Part shown: positions 12,101-22,608 of the stretch, in pieces | Numbering within the stretch: position 1 is the stretch's first letter | Layout: each line of letters starts with the position of its first letter | NCBI GenBank assembly: GCA_950097015.1 | Contig: CATNEN010000010.1 | Location: 1,612,001-1,676,000, forward strand | Length of the DNA: 64,000 nt | Direction: 5' to 3' | DNA from: Macrostomum hystrix | Lineage: Eukaryota; Animalia; Platyhelminthes | Notes under the pieces: generated by a model | Database searches by the model: none | What the model was told of the DNA's origin: nothing | The model's input: the letters and a program-made list of their open reading frames with translations, nothing else | Program-made: the position numbers and the translations under genes

Positions 12101-14882
12101 CAGCATCGGGAAATCCCTGCATCGGGAAGTCCCATCTTGTGGGAGTCTCATCGTATGTATTGGATTTTTTTGGAAAAATGTTTCATAACAGAAAACTGAC
12201 TACTTGAGGTAGGAAAAAATACACTAACCTGTCTAATCCAAAATTTGAGCCTTAATGCAAAAGTACTTATGTAGGTTTGTTAGAAAACATATCTGATGCT
12301 TTGAGAAAAATAGATCTCTTGAATTTTAGGTAAAAGCTTCAAGCAAATGTTTCAAACAAAAAAATTATTTGCTTTTGATATGGAAAATCCCTGCCGGTTT
12401 CGATTTTAACAGCCAACTCAGCGCACCTGTCACAGCCTCGGTGGAGCCTGGCCTCCGTGCAACAGCTGCTACGGGCACCCACAGCAGCCCGCCTGATAAA
12501 CTGCAGTCGATAACATTCGACTGCACTTTTATCCGTGCGGCTCTCTCAAAAATTGTTTTCCTGCCTTTCGTCTTCTTTTATTTTCTTAAGAGAGGCAGGC
12601 CGCGGATACCTGCTTTGTGGGGGCAGGGGAGCCTACTTCAGTTGCAAGAGCACGTTAATGAGGCCGCCTTGTCTCTGAGCGCAAATGGACTCAGGACTCA
12701 CTGCTCAGCTCTCAAGACTGTCCCGGAGCACAAGCATGTTCAACTGCTGCGATTCTTAACATACTTCGATTTTATGGACATCCGCAATGGACGTCTGGGG
12801 GTTGAGTTGATCGGATCAATGCATTGATCGGTCAGTTGTTGCGGAAATCTATACGCGTCTTTTAGTGAAAGAGTTTTTCGATTTGCGCCAATCGAGACAA
12901 GAAGTGTCTTTCGACTTTTATTTTCAGCGGTCATTGGGGAATGGTTTCCAGCGGTCATTGGGAATGGTTTCCAGCGGTCATTGGGAATGGTTTCCAGTGG
13001 TCATTGGGGAATGGTTTCCAGCGGTCATTGGGGAATGGTTTCCAGCGGTCATTGGGGAATGGTTTCCAGCGGTCATTGGGAATGGTTTCCAGTGGTCATT
13101 GGGAATGGTTTCCAGTGGTAATTGGGGAATGGTTTCCAGCGATCATTGGGAATGGTTTCCAGTGGTCATTGGGAATGGTTTCCAGCGGTAATTGGGGAAT
13201 GGTTTCCAGCGATCATTGGGAATGGTTTCCAGTGGTCATTGGGAATGGTTTCCAGTGGTAATTGGGGAATGGTTTCCAGCGATCATTGGGAATGGTTTCC
13301 AGTGGTCATTGGGAATGGTTTCCAGCGGTAATTGGGGAATGGTTTCCAGCGATCATTGGGAATGGTTTCCAGTGGTCATTGGGAATGGTTTCCAGTGGTC
13401 ATTGGGAATGGTTTCCAGTGGTCATTGGGAATGGTTTCCAGTGGTCATTGGGGAATGGTTTCCAGCGGTCATTGGGAATGGTTTCCAGTGGTCATTGGGG
13501 AATGGTTTCCAGCGGTCATTGGGAATGGTTTCCAGTGGTCATTGGGGAATGGTTTCCAGCGGTCATTGGGAATGGTTACCTGTCCAGTTGAGCATCGAGT
13601 GCGTCACTCCAGTAGAGCATTCTTCACCTCCGCCGTCGTGACATTCAACGACACAGCGGAGCTCATCGGGCCGCAGAAAAAAGACAGCGGCCGCGGCTGC
13701 AAGGGCGGACGCGTCAGGCCGCAGTCTCCGGGCAACCCAGGCATTGTCGCAGGCGCACCAGAGCGGGTTGCCGGCCAGGCCGACGCTGACGGAGAGGCTC
13801 GGCGACGCAAAACCCGACAGCCAGGGAAAGACGCGCAGGCCGCAGTCCTCCAGGCGCAGCTGTCGGCTCGAGCTGGCGTTGCTGGCGACTTCGCTGCCGA
13901 GGGCATCCGGATGCAGGTAGGCCAGCTCGCGACTGCCGCTTAGGTCAAGCTCCGCCAGCGTCGACCAGTCGGCAACATCGGCATCGACAACTCGCAGGCC
14001 GGAGCGGCGCAACGAGACACGACGGAGGGCTGAACTGGGCGAAGCGCGGAGGTCGCCGGCTGCCAGACGCCGCAGTCGCCGACTGTCGTCTAGTCGGAGG
14101 TGTTCTATTCGGCGACGGAGACTGCGAAGTAGCGTCCTTGGCACGGCTGAGAACAAATTCCCGGACAGGTCCAGCTCCGTCAGCGGCTCGACGCCCGCTC
14201 TGCCGCTGCCTCCTCCGGCTCCAGCCTCCTCTTCCTCCAGATCTGACAGGCTGTCCAGGCGATTCCGCGCCAAGTCCAGCCGACGTAGCAGCGGCGGCAG
14301 TCGATCGAGGAAGGCAGCGTCGAGCGTGGCCAGCTGGCAGCGGTCCAGCCGGAGATCGCGCAGTCCCGCCGGCCAGGCCGGCCGAGCGTCCAGCGTCCGC
14401 AGGCGGTTGCCGCTCAATCGCAGCCCGGCGAGGTTCGGGAATGCGTCGAAGTAGCCGGGCCAGATGGCCGCGACGCGATTTTCAGCAATGTCCAGCCGGC
14501 GCAGGCCGCTCCAAGCAGCCCGGTGGCGTCGATTCAACGGCGTGGCGACCAGCCGGTGGATGTCGTTCCCGGCGACATCCAGCTCGCGGAGCCTTGCCGT
14601 GTCCGGCAAGCGGGCCAGCAGGCTGTCCAAGTCGGCGAGTTGGTCGCCGCGGATGCGCAGAGCGACGATGCCGGCGGCGGGAATCGTCAGCGACAGCAGC
14701 TCCTCGATGCGGCTGCAAACGAAAATTTCGTCGCCAATCTCACCGTCGATTCCATCGACCCACTTGACGTCGGTGTCTGCGCCGCGTCGTTCGCGCCGGC
14801 AGCGCTGGCTCTGAGCCGTCAGGGCGCAGACGGCGGCTGCGGTGGCAACCAGCAGAACGCAGAGCCGCGAGGCTGCGGCCAT
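9116..14882 (-). CDS. LRR-Ig-FN3 single-pass receptor, LRRN/NLRR-like architecture, 4 exons, 782 aa
   Basis: Exons 14882-13580, 11082-10655, 10495-10173, 9410-9116; phases 1/0/2 match; 2349 nt. Signal peptide MAAASRLCVLLVATAAAVCAL, LRRs (LRELDVAGNDI, LRRLDIAENRV, LTELDLSGNLF, ELAYLHPDAL), LRRCT GNPLWCACDNAW...C...GCPPRI, Ig (LECLATGRPRPDIRW...DSGLYACSAEN), FN3 (LTVSW...FGLRPGSHYQLC), TM IYAMMGMAFGLLFLCCLVALLY. The upstream in-frame ATG at 14972 lies beyond an acceptor-like site and is probably not used. Confidence 0.88.
9620..10072. repeat. 60-bp minisatellite in intron 3 of the LRR-Ig-FN3 gene
   Basis: About 7.5 copies of AAGCGGAGCAACCAACCAGCTTAACGCATGGGGCAGGGAATTCAGGGGTTTGAGGTGGAT; older diverged copies at the left end. 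Confidence 0.93.
11155..11287. repeat. Degenerate left part of the 16-bp GGGAAATCCCAGCATC array
   Basis: Same unit as 11769-12130, on the other side of a retrotransposon fragment. Confidence 0.85.
11288..11768 (+). mobile_element. 5'-truncated, internally deleted non-LTR retrotransposon fragment (RNase H end + C-terminal Cys/His zinc-finger domain; LOA/R1/I-like), antisense in an intron
   Basis: GNESA(SLAN)DSLAKAGS resembles the RNase H GNExADxLAKxG motif with a 12-bp duplication. A second frame gives RRDIRAVTMALCGHGCFARHRFLQGKIRSEECPFCLSYVEDAEHFICACPAFTQDRLTYLG, the R..L.GH...C..C...E...H...CP...R...LG tail typical of RNase H-bearing LINEs. A related copy lies at 48391-48780. Confidence 0.75.
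11769..12130. repeat. 16-bp minisatellite (GGGAAATCCCAGCATC) in intron 1 of the LRR-Ig-FN3 gene
   Basis: About 22 copies with period 16. Confidence 0.95.
12926..13577. repeat. 23/24-bp minisatellite (GTCATTGG(G)GAATGGTTTCCAGCG) abutting the intron 1 donor of the LRR-Ig-FN3 gene
   Basis: About 28 copies; ends at the GTAACC donor (13579). Confidence 0.95.
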
Positions 14883-15754
14883 CTGCGAAGGCTGCGAGAG
14901 GAGTTTAGCGGGTTGTCCGTATCTGACTTGAAAATCATTCTCGCGCTTCCTGTGGTGCTCTTTTGCTGCCAAGAGACAATATTTCTCGTTGGAATCTGCA
15001 GCGGTGCAATGGGACTTTAGGAATAAAAAAGAATGATTAAAAGGCTGTTGTCATCTCGGTGTCAAAAGTATTGCTTCTGAAATTCCTTCTTTGGAAAATG
15101 AAAGAAAGTAACAGTAAGGTTTCCACTGAAAATGCTTTCCCTCAACAGAGGTGAAGGACTTTTGCCACTTCCAGTCAGAAGTGAAAGCCAGGCCACCAGC
15201 AATGAACTGGCATCTGGGGTCGGCAATTTCTCAGACCGTGCCCTCCACCAGGTAAACTTTGTTTCCACCCCTGCAACTCAACGTTGGCTCAGATTTTTAA
15301 TTGGCCAGTAATTGAGGGACGTCGCCAGACGGTCTGAAGCCGGCCTGGGGCGGGTGCATACAAGCGCCGATGCCAGGTAATATCAGGTGATGGTCGGGTG
15401 GAGTGGACAGAGCGGACATTAGGATTCTTAGCCAAACTGGGCCATGCGGCTCCATGGCACAAAATGATCCCAGAGATCCCGCCGAGCCTCAGCTTTCACT
15501 TGCCCGTGTCCCCCGTCGCTTCAATTTTCGTCCCGGCCCAAGATGATTTCAGCGGCCAGCGGTCTTCGCCTCGCAATCAGTCAGGAAATCAGCTGAACCC
15601 CAGATTATCCCCACAGCCCCAGTGCTGCAGCGATTTAGTTCGTGCGATGGGGATATTTTGTTAGAACAGAATGGGATGCCGTCTTACTTTCAGATGAAGC
15701 TGCGAGAGGCAAGTTTACGCGTTGGATTGCTTTAGCCGTCAAAGAAACTCTAGC

Positions 15755-15847
15755 TGTGTGTGTGTGAGTGTGTGCGTGTGTGCGTGTGTGAGTGTGTGCG
15801 TGTGTAAGGGTGTGTGTGTGTGAGTGTGTGAGAGTGTGTGTGTGTGT
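15755..15847. repeat. Imperfect (TG)n microsatellite
   Basis: Direct inspection. Confidence 0.9.
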
Positions 15848-16361
15848 GGGCTAGTCCAGACAGAAAGTCAGTTGCTTCAATGTAAGGCATTCATTTCCGC
15901 AGAATTTTCAACTTAGGCCGCGACCCGCGCGAATCCAGTTCAATCAGTGTTCCGCACTGCCTAGTGATGGCAGCAGGGCCGATAGCCAGTACAACACTTC
16001 ACGTTGAGCCAAAGAAAATTTTCTTTCTGTGCTTTCAGCTTCCCGGCCAGCGATGAGAACTCCGAATACTCAAAAACTACTTAGAGATCTGCGAGCCTTC
16101 ACCCCGCAGCTCACTGACTCGCTGCTTAGAAACAAGATGCCAGACCTGGGGGCAAGGCCTTCCGCCTCATCCGCAGTCGATCGATTGATGACCCCCGCCT
16201 GCTCTCGTGATGCAGGCTAGACTCAGTTTTACGACCGTATGGAGGGCAGCGGGATGGGAGCCTGGCTATCCAATGGAGAGTGAGGAGGCCGCTCGGCTGC
16301 ACGCTCGGCAGAAAGCAAAGCCGTGTATGCGACCTAGCTGCTTCCTGTACTGCTATTGCAA

Positions 16362-16745
16362 CACAGCTCACTCTCACTGCAGCCTGCTGTCACCACGGCT
16401 CACTGTCATGCAGCCTGCTGTCACCACGGCTCACTGTCACTGCTGCCTGCTGTCACCACGGCTCACTGTCACTGCTGCCTGCTGTCACCACAGCTCACTG
16501 TCACTGCTGCCTGCTGTCACCACAGCTCACTGTCACTGCTGCCTGCTGTCACCACAGCTCACTGTCACTGCTGCCTGCTGTCACCACAGCTCACTGTCAC
16601 TGCTGCCTGCTATCACCACAGCTCACTGTCACTGCTGCCTGCTGTCACCACAGCTCACTGTCACTGCTGCCTGCTGTCACCACAGCTCACTGTCACTGCT
16701 GCCTGCTGTCACCACAGCTCACTGTCACTGCTGCCTGCTGTCACC
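16362..16745. repeat. 32-bp minisatellite (CACTGTCACTGCTGCCTGCTGTCACCACAGCT)
   Basis: About 12 copies with period 32. Confidence 0.95.
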
Positions 16746-17154
16746 TGAGTGAGTGAATCTCTTTTTTCTGGCAATGTGGCTCTAAAGTAGATAATTTTAT
16801 ACGAGAGACATTTTCGGCCTTCAAAGATATGTTGGGAAGGAAGGAAGGGGATTCCTACCTTTGTTAAGTTCTCGTCAGCGTCAGCACTTAGTTAAGTGGT
16901 CCTTCTTTTCACCACTCCTGTGTGTCTCAGTTTCTCAGTAGCCAAATAACTGATTGCTGCTTATCTCCGTTGTCTGACTCGCAGCTCCCTTCAGGCAGTC
17001 GACTTGTTTGCCGGCCTATTAAAGCAAACCTAACATTTTCACGCGTGTCTGGCTGGCCATTGGACCAATCACAGGACGGCTGCGATTTCATTTGCAGAGA
17101 TTTGAGGACTGATTTTCACCATAAAAATACTCTTTGAGGTCTGTCTCTCAGTTC

Positions 17155-18322
17155 CTAGATCTATAGACCCCTTATCCAATTATTGCAGTCTCTCACCATC
17201 TAGATCTATAGACCCGTTATCCAATTATTGCAGTCTCTTACTATCTAGATCTATAGACCCCTTATCCAATTATTGCAGTCTCTCACTATCTAGATCTATA
17301 GACCCCTTATCCAATTATTGCAGTCTCTCACCATCCAGATCTATAGACCTCTTATCCAATTATTGCAGTCTCTCACTATCTAGATCTATAGACCCTTATC
17401 CAAATATTGCAGTCTCTCACCATCTAGATCTATAGACCCGTTATCCAATTATTGCAGTCTCTTACTATCTAGATCTATAGACCCCTTATCCAATTATTGC
17501 AGTCTCTCACTATCTAGATCTATAGACCCCTTATCCAATTATTGCAGTCTCTCACCATCTAGATCTATAGACCCGTTATCCAATTATTGCAGTCTCTCAC
17601 TATCTAGATCTATAGACCCCTTATCCAATTATTGCAGTCTCTCACCATCTAGATCTATAGACCCCTTATCCAATTATTGCAGTCTCTCACTATCTAGATC
17701 TATAGACCCCTTATCCAATTATTGCAGTCTCTCACTATCTAGATCTATAGACCCGTTATCCAATTATTGCAGTCTCTCACCATCTAGATCTATAGACCCG
17801 TTATCCAATTATTGCAGTCTCTCACTATCTAGATCTATAGACCCCTTATCCAATTATTGCAGTCTCTCACCATCCAGATCTATAGACCCCTTATCCAATT
17901 ATTGCAGTCTCTCACTATCTAGATCTATAGACCCGTTATCCAATTATTGCAGTCTCTCACTATCTAGATCTATAGACCCCTTATCCAATTATTGCAGTCT
18001 CTGACCATCCAGATCTAAAGACCCCTTATCCAATTATTGCAGTCTCTCACTATCTAGATCTATAGACCCGTTATCCAATTATTGCAGTCTCTCACTATCC
18101 AGATCTATAAGACCCCTTATCCAATTATTGCAGTCTCTCACTATCTAGATCTATAGACCCCTTATCCAATTATTGCAGTCTCTCACTATCTAGATCTATA
18201 GACCCCTTATCCAATTATTGCAGTCTCTCACTATCTAGATCTATAGACCCCTTATCCAATTATTGCAGTCTCTCACTATCTAGATCTATAGACCCCTTAC
18301 CCAATTATCGCAGTCTCTCGCC
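17155..18322. repeat. 45-bp minisatellite (CTAGATCTATAGACCCCTTATCCAATTATTGCAGTCTCTCACTAT)
   Basis: About 26 copies; each unit carries overlapping palindromes TCTAGA, AGATCT and TCTATAGA. Confidence 0.95.
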
Positions 18323-19164
18323 TTCAGCCTGTAAGCTGTTAGTGCTCAGATTGAAGTTTTCTCATCTTGAGCGGCTGGCTCCAACGTCGATGAAACTGCT
18401 CAGATATTCTGAAATGGGTCTCGAAGGAGATTCTTAGCAGCCAGCCTCCCTAATTTGAGTCTCCCAAATCATTGCAGATTAGGGAAAAATCCCTGAAAGG
18501 TCAAAGGGATGTCTGCCAAATTGCCATCGCGCTTGACTGGGCGGCCAGGAGGTCAGTCAGAGCTCTGCTAGCTCTAAGATAAGGTTCAAAACAGAAGCCA
18601 CTTTCGAGGGGATCTATTGCGGCACTGACAGAAGCGAATCCCACACAGTGCTCACCGAGTCGTGCACTCAAAGATTCCAAGTTTTGCCAGGCCAACAAGA
18701 TTAGCAAGATTTTCAATTTCCCACTGGCCGATCAGCTCAATGGCCAAGCCGCTTTGGTTGGACATTGCAGTGAGAATAGTTCGTTCACCCAGTCTGGCAC
18801 TGGCGTCACTTCTCCTCAGGCACTCGGTGGAAACAGTGAGAAAAATTAATTTGGTCACGGCCCGCCTTGATTAATCCTGGAGGAGCAGTCGATACCACCC
18901 TCCCTCCCCCAGCCTCCTTCATCCCCCAAGCCTTCTCTAACTCAACTCGAGCCGTCGATGAAGCGGAGCAAATTTCACTCGCAGAATCCGGGATGTCGCA
19001 CGCCTGGACTGTTCCCAGCACCGACTGACTCGGGCCAGTGAGAAGGCACTGATGATGAGGGAGATGAGGAGCCGCCTGGGGCCCAGCAGAGCTTTACCGC
19101 ATATTTCTTGCTAGAACACTTTTATGTATCTCTGAGTTGGCAAAGGAATCTTATATGAGATCCG

Positions 19165-19727
19165 ATTAAAGAACCGCATAGGAATCGACTTGAGAAACCG
19201 CTCAGGAATCGACGAAGAAAACCACTTAAGAATCGACTTAGGAAACCGCTCAGGAATCGACTTGAGAAACTCAAAAATCGACTTGGGAAACCGCTCAGGA
19301 ATCGACTTAGGAAACCGCCGAGGAATCGAATAAGGAAACCACCGAGGAATCTACTATGGAAAACGCTCAGGAATCGACTAAGGAAACCGCTTAAGAATCG
19401 ACATAGGAAACCGCTGAGGAATCGACTAAGAAAACCGCTTAAGAATCGACTTATGAAACCGCTCAGGAATCGACTAAGGAAACCGCTCAGGAATCGACTT
19501 GAGAAACTCAGAAATCGACCTGGGAAACCGCTCAGGAATCGGCTAAGGAAACCGCTGAGGAATCGACTAAGGAAACCGCTCAGGAATCGACTAAGGAAAC
19601 CGCTCAGGAATCGACTAAGGAAACCGCTTAAGAATCGACTTAGGAAACCGCTCAGGAATCGACTAAGGAAACCGCTGAGGAATCGACTAACGAAACCGCT
19701 CAGAAATCGACTAGGGAAACCGCTCAG
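19165..19727. repeat. 24-bp minisatellite (GGAATCGACTAAGGAAACCGCTCA)
   Basis: About 23 copies with some 21-bp variants. Confidence 0.93.
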
Positions 19728-20261
19728 GGCCAACCCCCAAGGCACAGTAAGAGTACACTGCCTAGAAAAGAAAAAAGAGCATTGTTAGTGCTCAAAAAGT
19801 TTTGTTTCATTTTGTCTTTTTGATAATTTTATTTTTGTTTGTCATTCGAAGCTTGAAAACGAAAAACTTGTGTGACCAAAATTGAGTTGAGCAGCTAAAC
19901 AACAAAAGCGCAGAAAATTATTGGCCAACGCAAGCAAAAATGATCTGGGAAACAAAAATATCGAAAACATGATTGGCTGAAAGCAACAGAAATATTTTTT
20001 CATTCGTTTTTTTAAGAAATGGAAAGCAAAACGCGTGTGTTTTGTGTGATTTTTGATCGATATTGAAGTGATGAAAACGAGTGGAGGACGAGAAGTGTCC
20101 AAAAGGACATGCGGGCTGCTCAGAGCGGCCTGAAAAGCCACGTGTATAATTATTTATACACACATCTAACTGGAGTTCTTCACGCAAAATAAGAAACCAA
20201 ATCGCATCCGCACTACTGCTGTGGGGTAGTCAGTAGGCTGATAAGCGTGCAGTCGGCGAAG

Positions 20262-22608
20262 TCAGTCGTGCAGGCTGAAGTTGTCCTCCTCGGCGATGAG
20301 GCAGCGCCGATCCGGCGAGCTGGAGCAGGCGCGCGCCAGGCCGGGCTTCCTGCGGCCCTTGGCGGCAACGCTGCCGCCGGCTGATTCCGCGGTGGAAACT
20401 GCCGAAATTGCTGCCGTCTGCGGCTGGACCTGCAACTGGCTGGCATCGATGCCGGAGTCCTTTGAACCGCTGATGCGCTGCCCGGAGCTGGCGGAGTGAG
20501 TTGACGCGAAGGAGGACTGGTGGCTCAGCCTGGTGGCGTCAGAGTAGATCTGACCCGTGGCCGCTCGGGGAGGCGGCGCTGGGCTTGACGTCTCGGCGGT
20601 GGCGGCCTCGTCCTTGAAGCTGGGTTGGGTGGCGAGTGAGTTCTGGGTGGCTAGAATCAATTAATGCAGTTGGAATCTTCTCTGGAACCAGATAAGTAAG
20701 TCGTAACCCGCTTAAGAATCAGCTTAGGAATCAGCTTAAGAATCAGCTTAGGAATCAGCTTAAGAATCAGCTTAAGAATCAGCTTAAGAATCAGCTTAGG
20801 AATCAGCTTAAGAATCAGCTTAAGAATCAGCTTAAGAATAAGTTTAAGAATCTGCATAAGAATCTGCATAATAGTCTGCACAATAATCTGCTTAAGAACC
20901 AGTTTAGGAATCCGCTGAGGAATCCGCTTAAAATCCACTTAGGGATCTGATCAGGAATCAACAGAGGAACTACTAAAGAAATCCTTTGGGTTACAGAACG
21001 AAGAATGGACTTTTTAAAAATCGGTTTTAAATAATGTAACTGTACGGCTCCAAGCTTTCCTAGAAATTATTGGAACCCGCGAAACCGCGCACTCACCGCA
21101 CGAATGTGGGCATCTTAACGATGCTTCTCTGTCTGTTGATCAAGCAGCAGTGCTTGACCATGTACAATGCAGCGGCCAGGAGCAGCGCTGAGCCTGCATT
21201 GAGTGGGGGGCAAGTGCTGGCAGAGTGAGACCGGTTGAGACAGGTTGAGACAGGGTGAGACAGGGTGAGACAGGGTGAGACAGGGTGAGACAGGGTGAGA
21301 CAGGGTGAGACAGGGTGAGACAGGGTGAGACAGGGTGAGACCGGTTGAGACAGGTTGAGACAGGGTGAGACAGGGTGAGACAGGGTGAGACAGGGTGAGA
21401 CAGGGTCAGACAGGGTGAGACAGGGTGAGACAGGGTGAGACCGGTTGAGACAGGTTGAGACAGGGTGAGACAGGGTGAGACAGGGTGAGACAGGGTGAGA
21501 CAGGGTGAGACAGGGTGAGACAGGGTGAGACAGGGTGAGACAGGGTGAGACCGGTTGAGACAGGTTGAGACAGGGTGAGACAGGGTGAGACAGGGTGAGA
21601 CAGGGTGAGACAGGGTCAGACAGGGTGAGACAGGGTGAGACAGGGTGAGACCGGTTGAGACAGGTTGAGACAGGGTGAGACAGGGTGAGACAGGGTGAGA
21701 CAGGGTGAGACAGGGTGAGACAGGGTGAGACAGGGTGAGACAGGGTGAGACAGGGTGAGACAGGGTGAGACAGGGTCAGACAGGGTGAGACAGGGTGAGA
21801 CAGGGTCAGACAGGGTGAGACAGGGTGAGATAGGGTGAGACAGGGTGAGACAGGGTGAGACAGGGTGAGACTGGGTGAGACAGGGTGAGACAGGGTGAGA
21901 CAGGATGAGACAGGGTGAGACAGGGTGAGACAGGGTGAGACAGGGTGAGACAGGGTGAGACAGGGTGAGACAGGGTGAGACAGGGTGAGACAGGGTGAGA
22001 CAGGGTCAGACAGGGTGAGACAGGGTGAGACAGGGTCAGACAGGGTGAGACAGGGTGAGATAGGGTGAGACAGGGTGAGACAGGGTGAGACAGGGTGAGA
22101 CAGGATGAGACAGGATGAGACAGGGTCAGACAGGGTCAGACAGGGTGAGACAGGGTCAGACAGGGTGGGACAGGTTGAGAACAAAGAGATCAGCTTAAGA
22201 ATCTAAGAATATGAAATTCTTGTGTTGCCTGTGTAGCGGATGCAGTGATAGCTCACCAGGAAGCAGGGGCAGCCACAACCGCTGCAGGTGTACAAAGCAG
22301 GGCACACTGAGCAGGGTGTAAACAATGGCCCGCCTGTAGGTGTCAACAGCCTGCAGCTGCTTCGGCATCCGGCAAGACAGCTCAGCGACATCTGTCTGAT
22401 AGCGACTTCGGCGCCAACCGACGTACTGCCAGGCGGTCAGGAACTCGAGCGCGGTGGCCAACGCTGCGGCCAGCAGCAGCATGCCACTGTGAATGTAGTC
22501 GCAGAAATACGCAGCCTCCGCGCCGACACCCCACAGTAGGATTGCCGCGATGCTGGCAGCGACAGAAGCGGCGGCGGCCACTGTCTTTTGACAGGCTGTC
22601 AGGGGCAT
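20262..22608 (-). CDS. Uncharacterised multi-pass membrane protein with Ser/Ala-rich C-terminal tail, 3 exons, ~268 aa
   Basis: Exons 22608-22257, 21193-21097, 20619-20262; donors CTG|GTGAGC and GCG|GTGAGT; phases 1 and 2 join to ...PLLPGSALLL... and ...PTFVRFKDE.... Three to four hydrophobic segments. The third acceptor was chosen to restore the coding-like frame and is the least certain boundary. No family recognised. Confidence 0.62.
20710..20950. repeat. 12-bp minisatellite (GAATCAGCTTAA/G), degenerating rightwards, in intron 2 of the membrane-protein gene
   Basis: About 10 clean plus ~8 degenerate copies; one orphan unit also at ~22188-22204. Confidence 0.9.
21225..22180. repeat. 10-bp minisatellite (GAGACAGGGT) filling intron 1 of the membrane-protein gene
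   Basis: About 95 copies, with a recurrent CCGGTTGAGA-CAGGTTGAGA variant pair. Confidence 0.96.

Noticed and set aside
16207-16756. Cys/His-rich metallothionein-like ORFs
   Set aside because: 32-bp repeat; identical peptide blocks appear in all three frames.
18330-19110. Moderately GC-rich unique sequence with short ORFs
   Set aside because: No recognisable domain and no consistent splice-site pair.
19122-19788. RNRLRKPL / SRFLSGFL repeat ORFs (protamine-like)
   Set aside because: 24-bp satellite with no splice or start context linking it to a gene.
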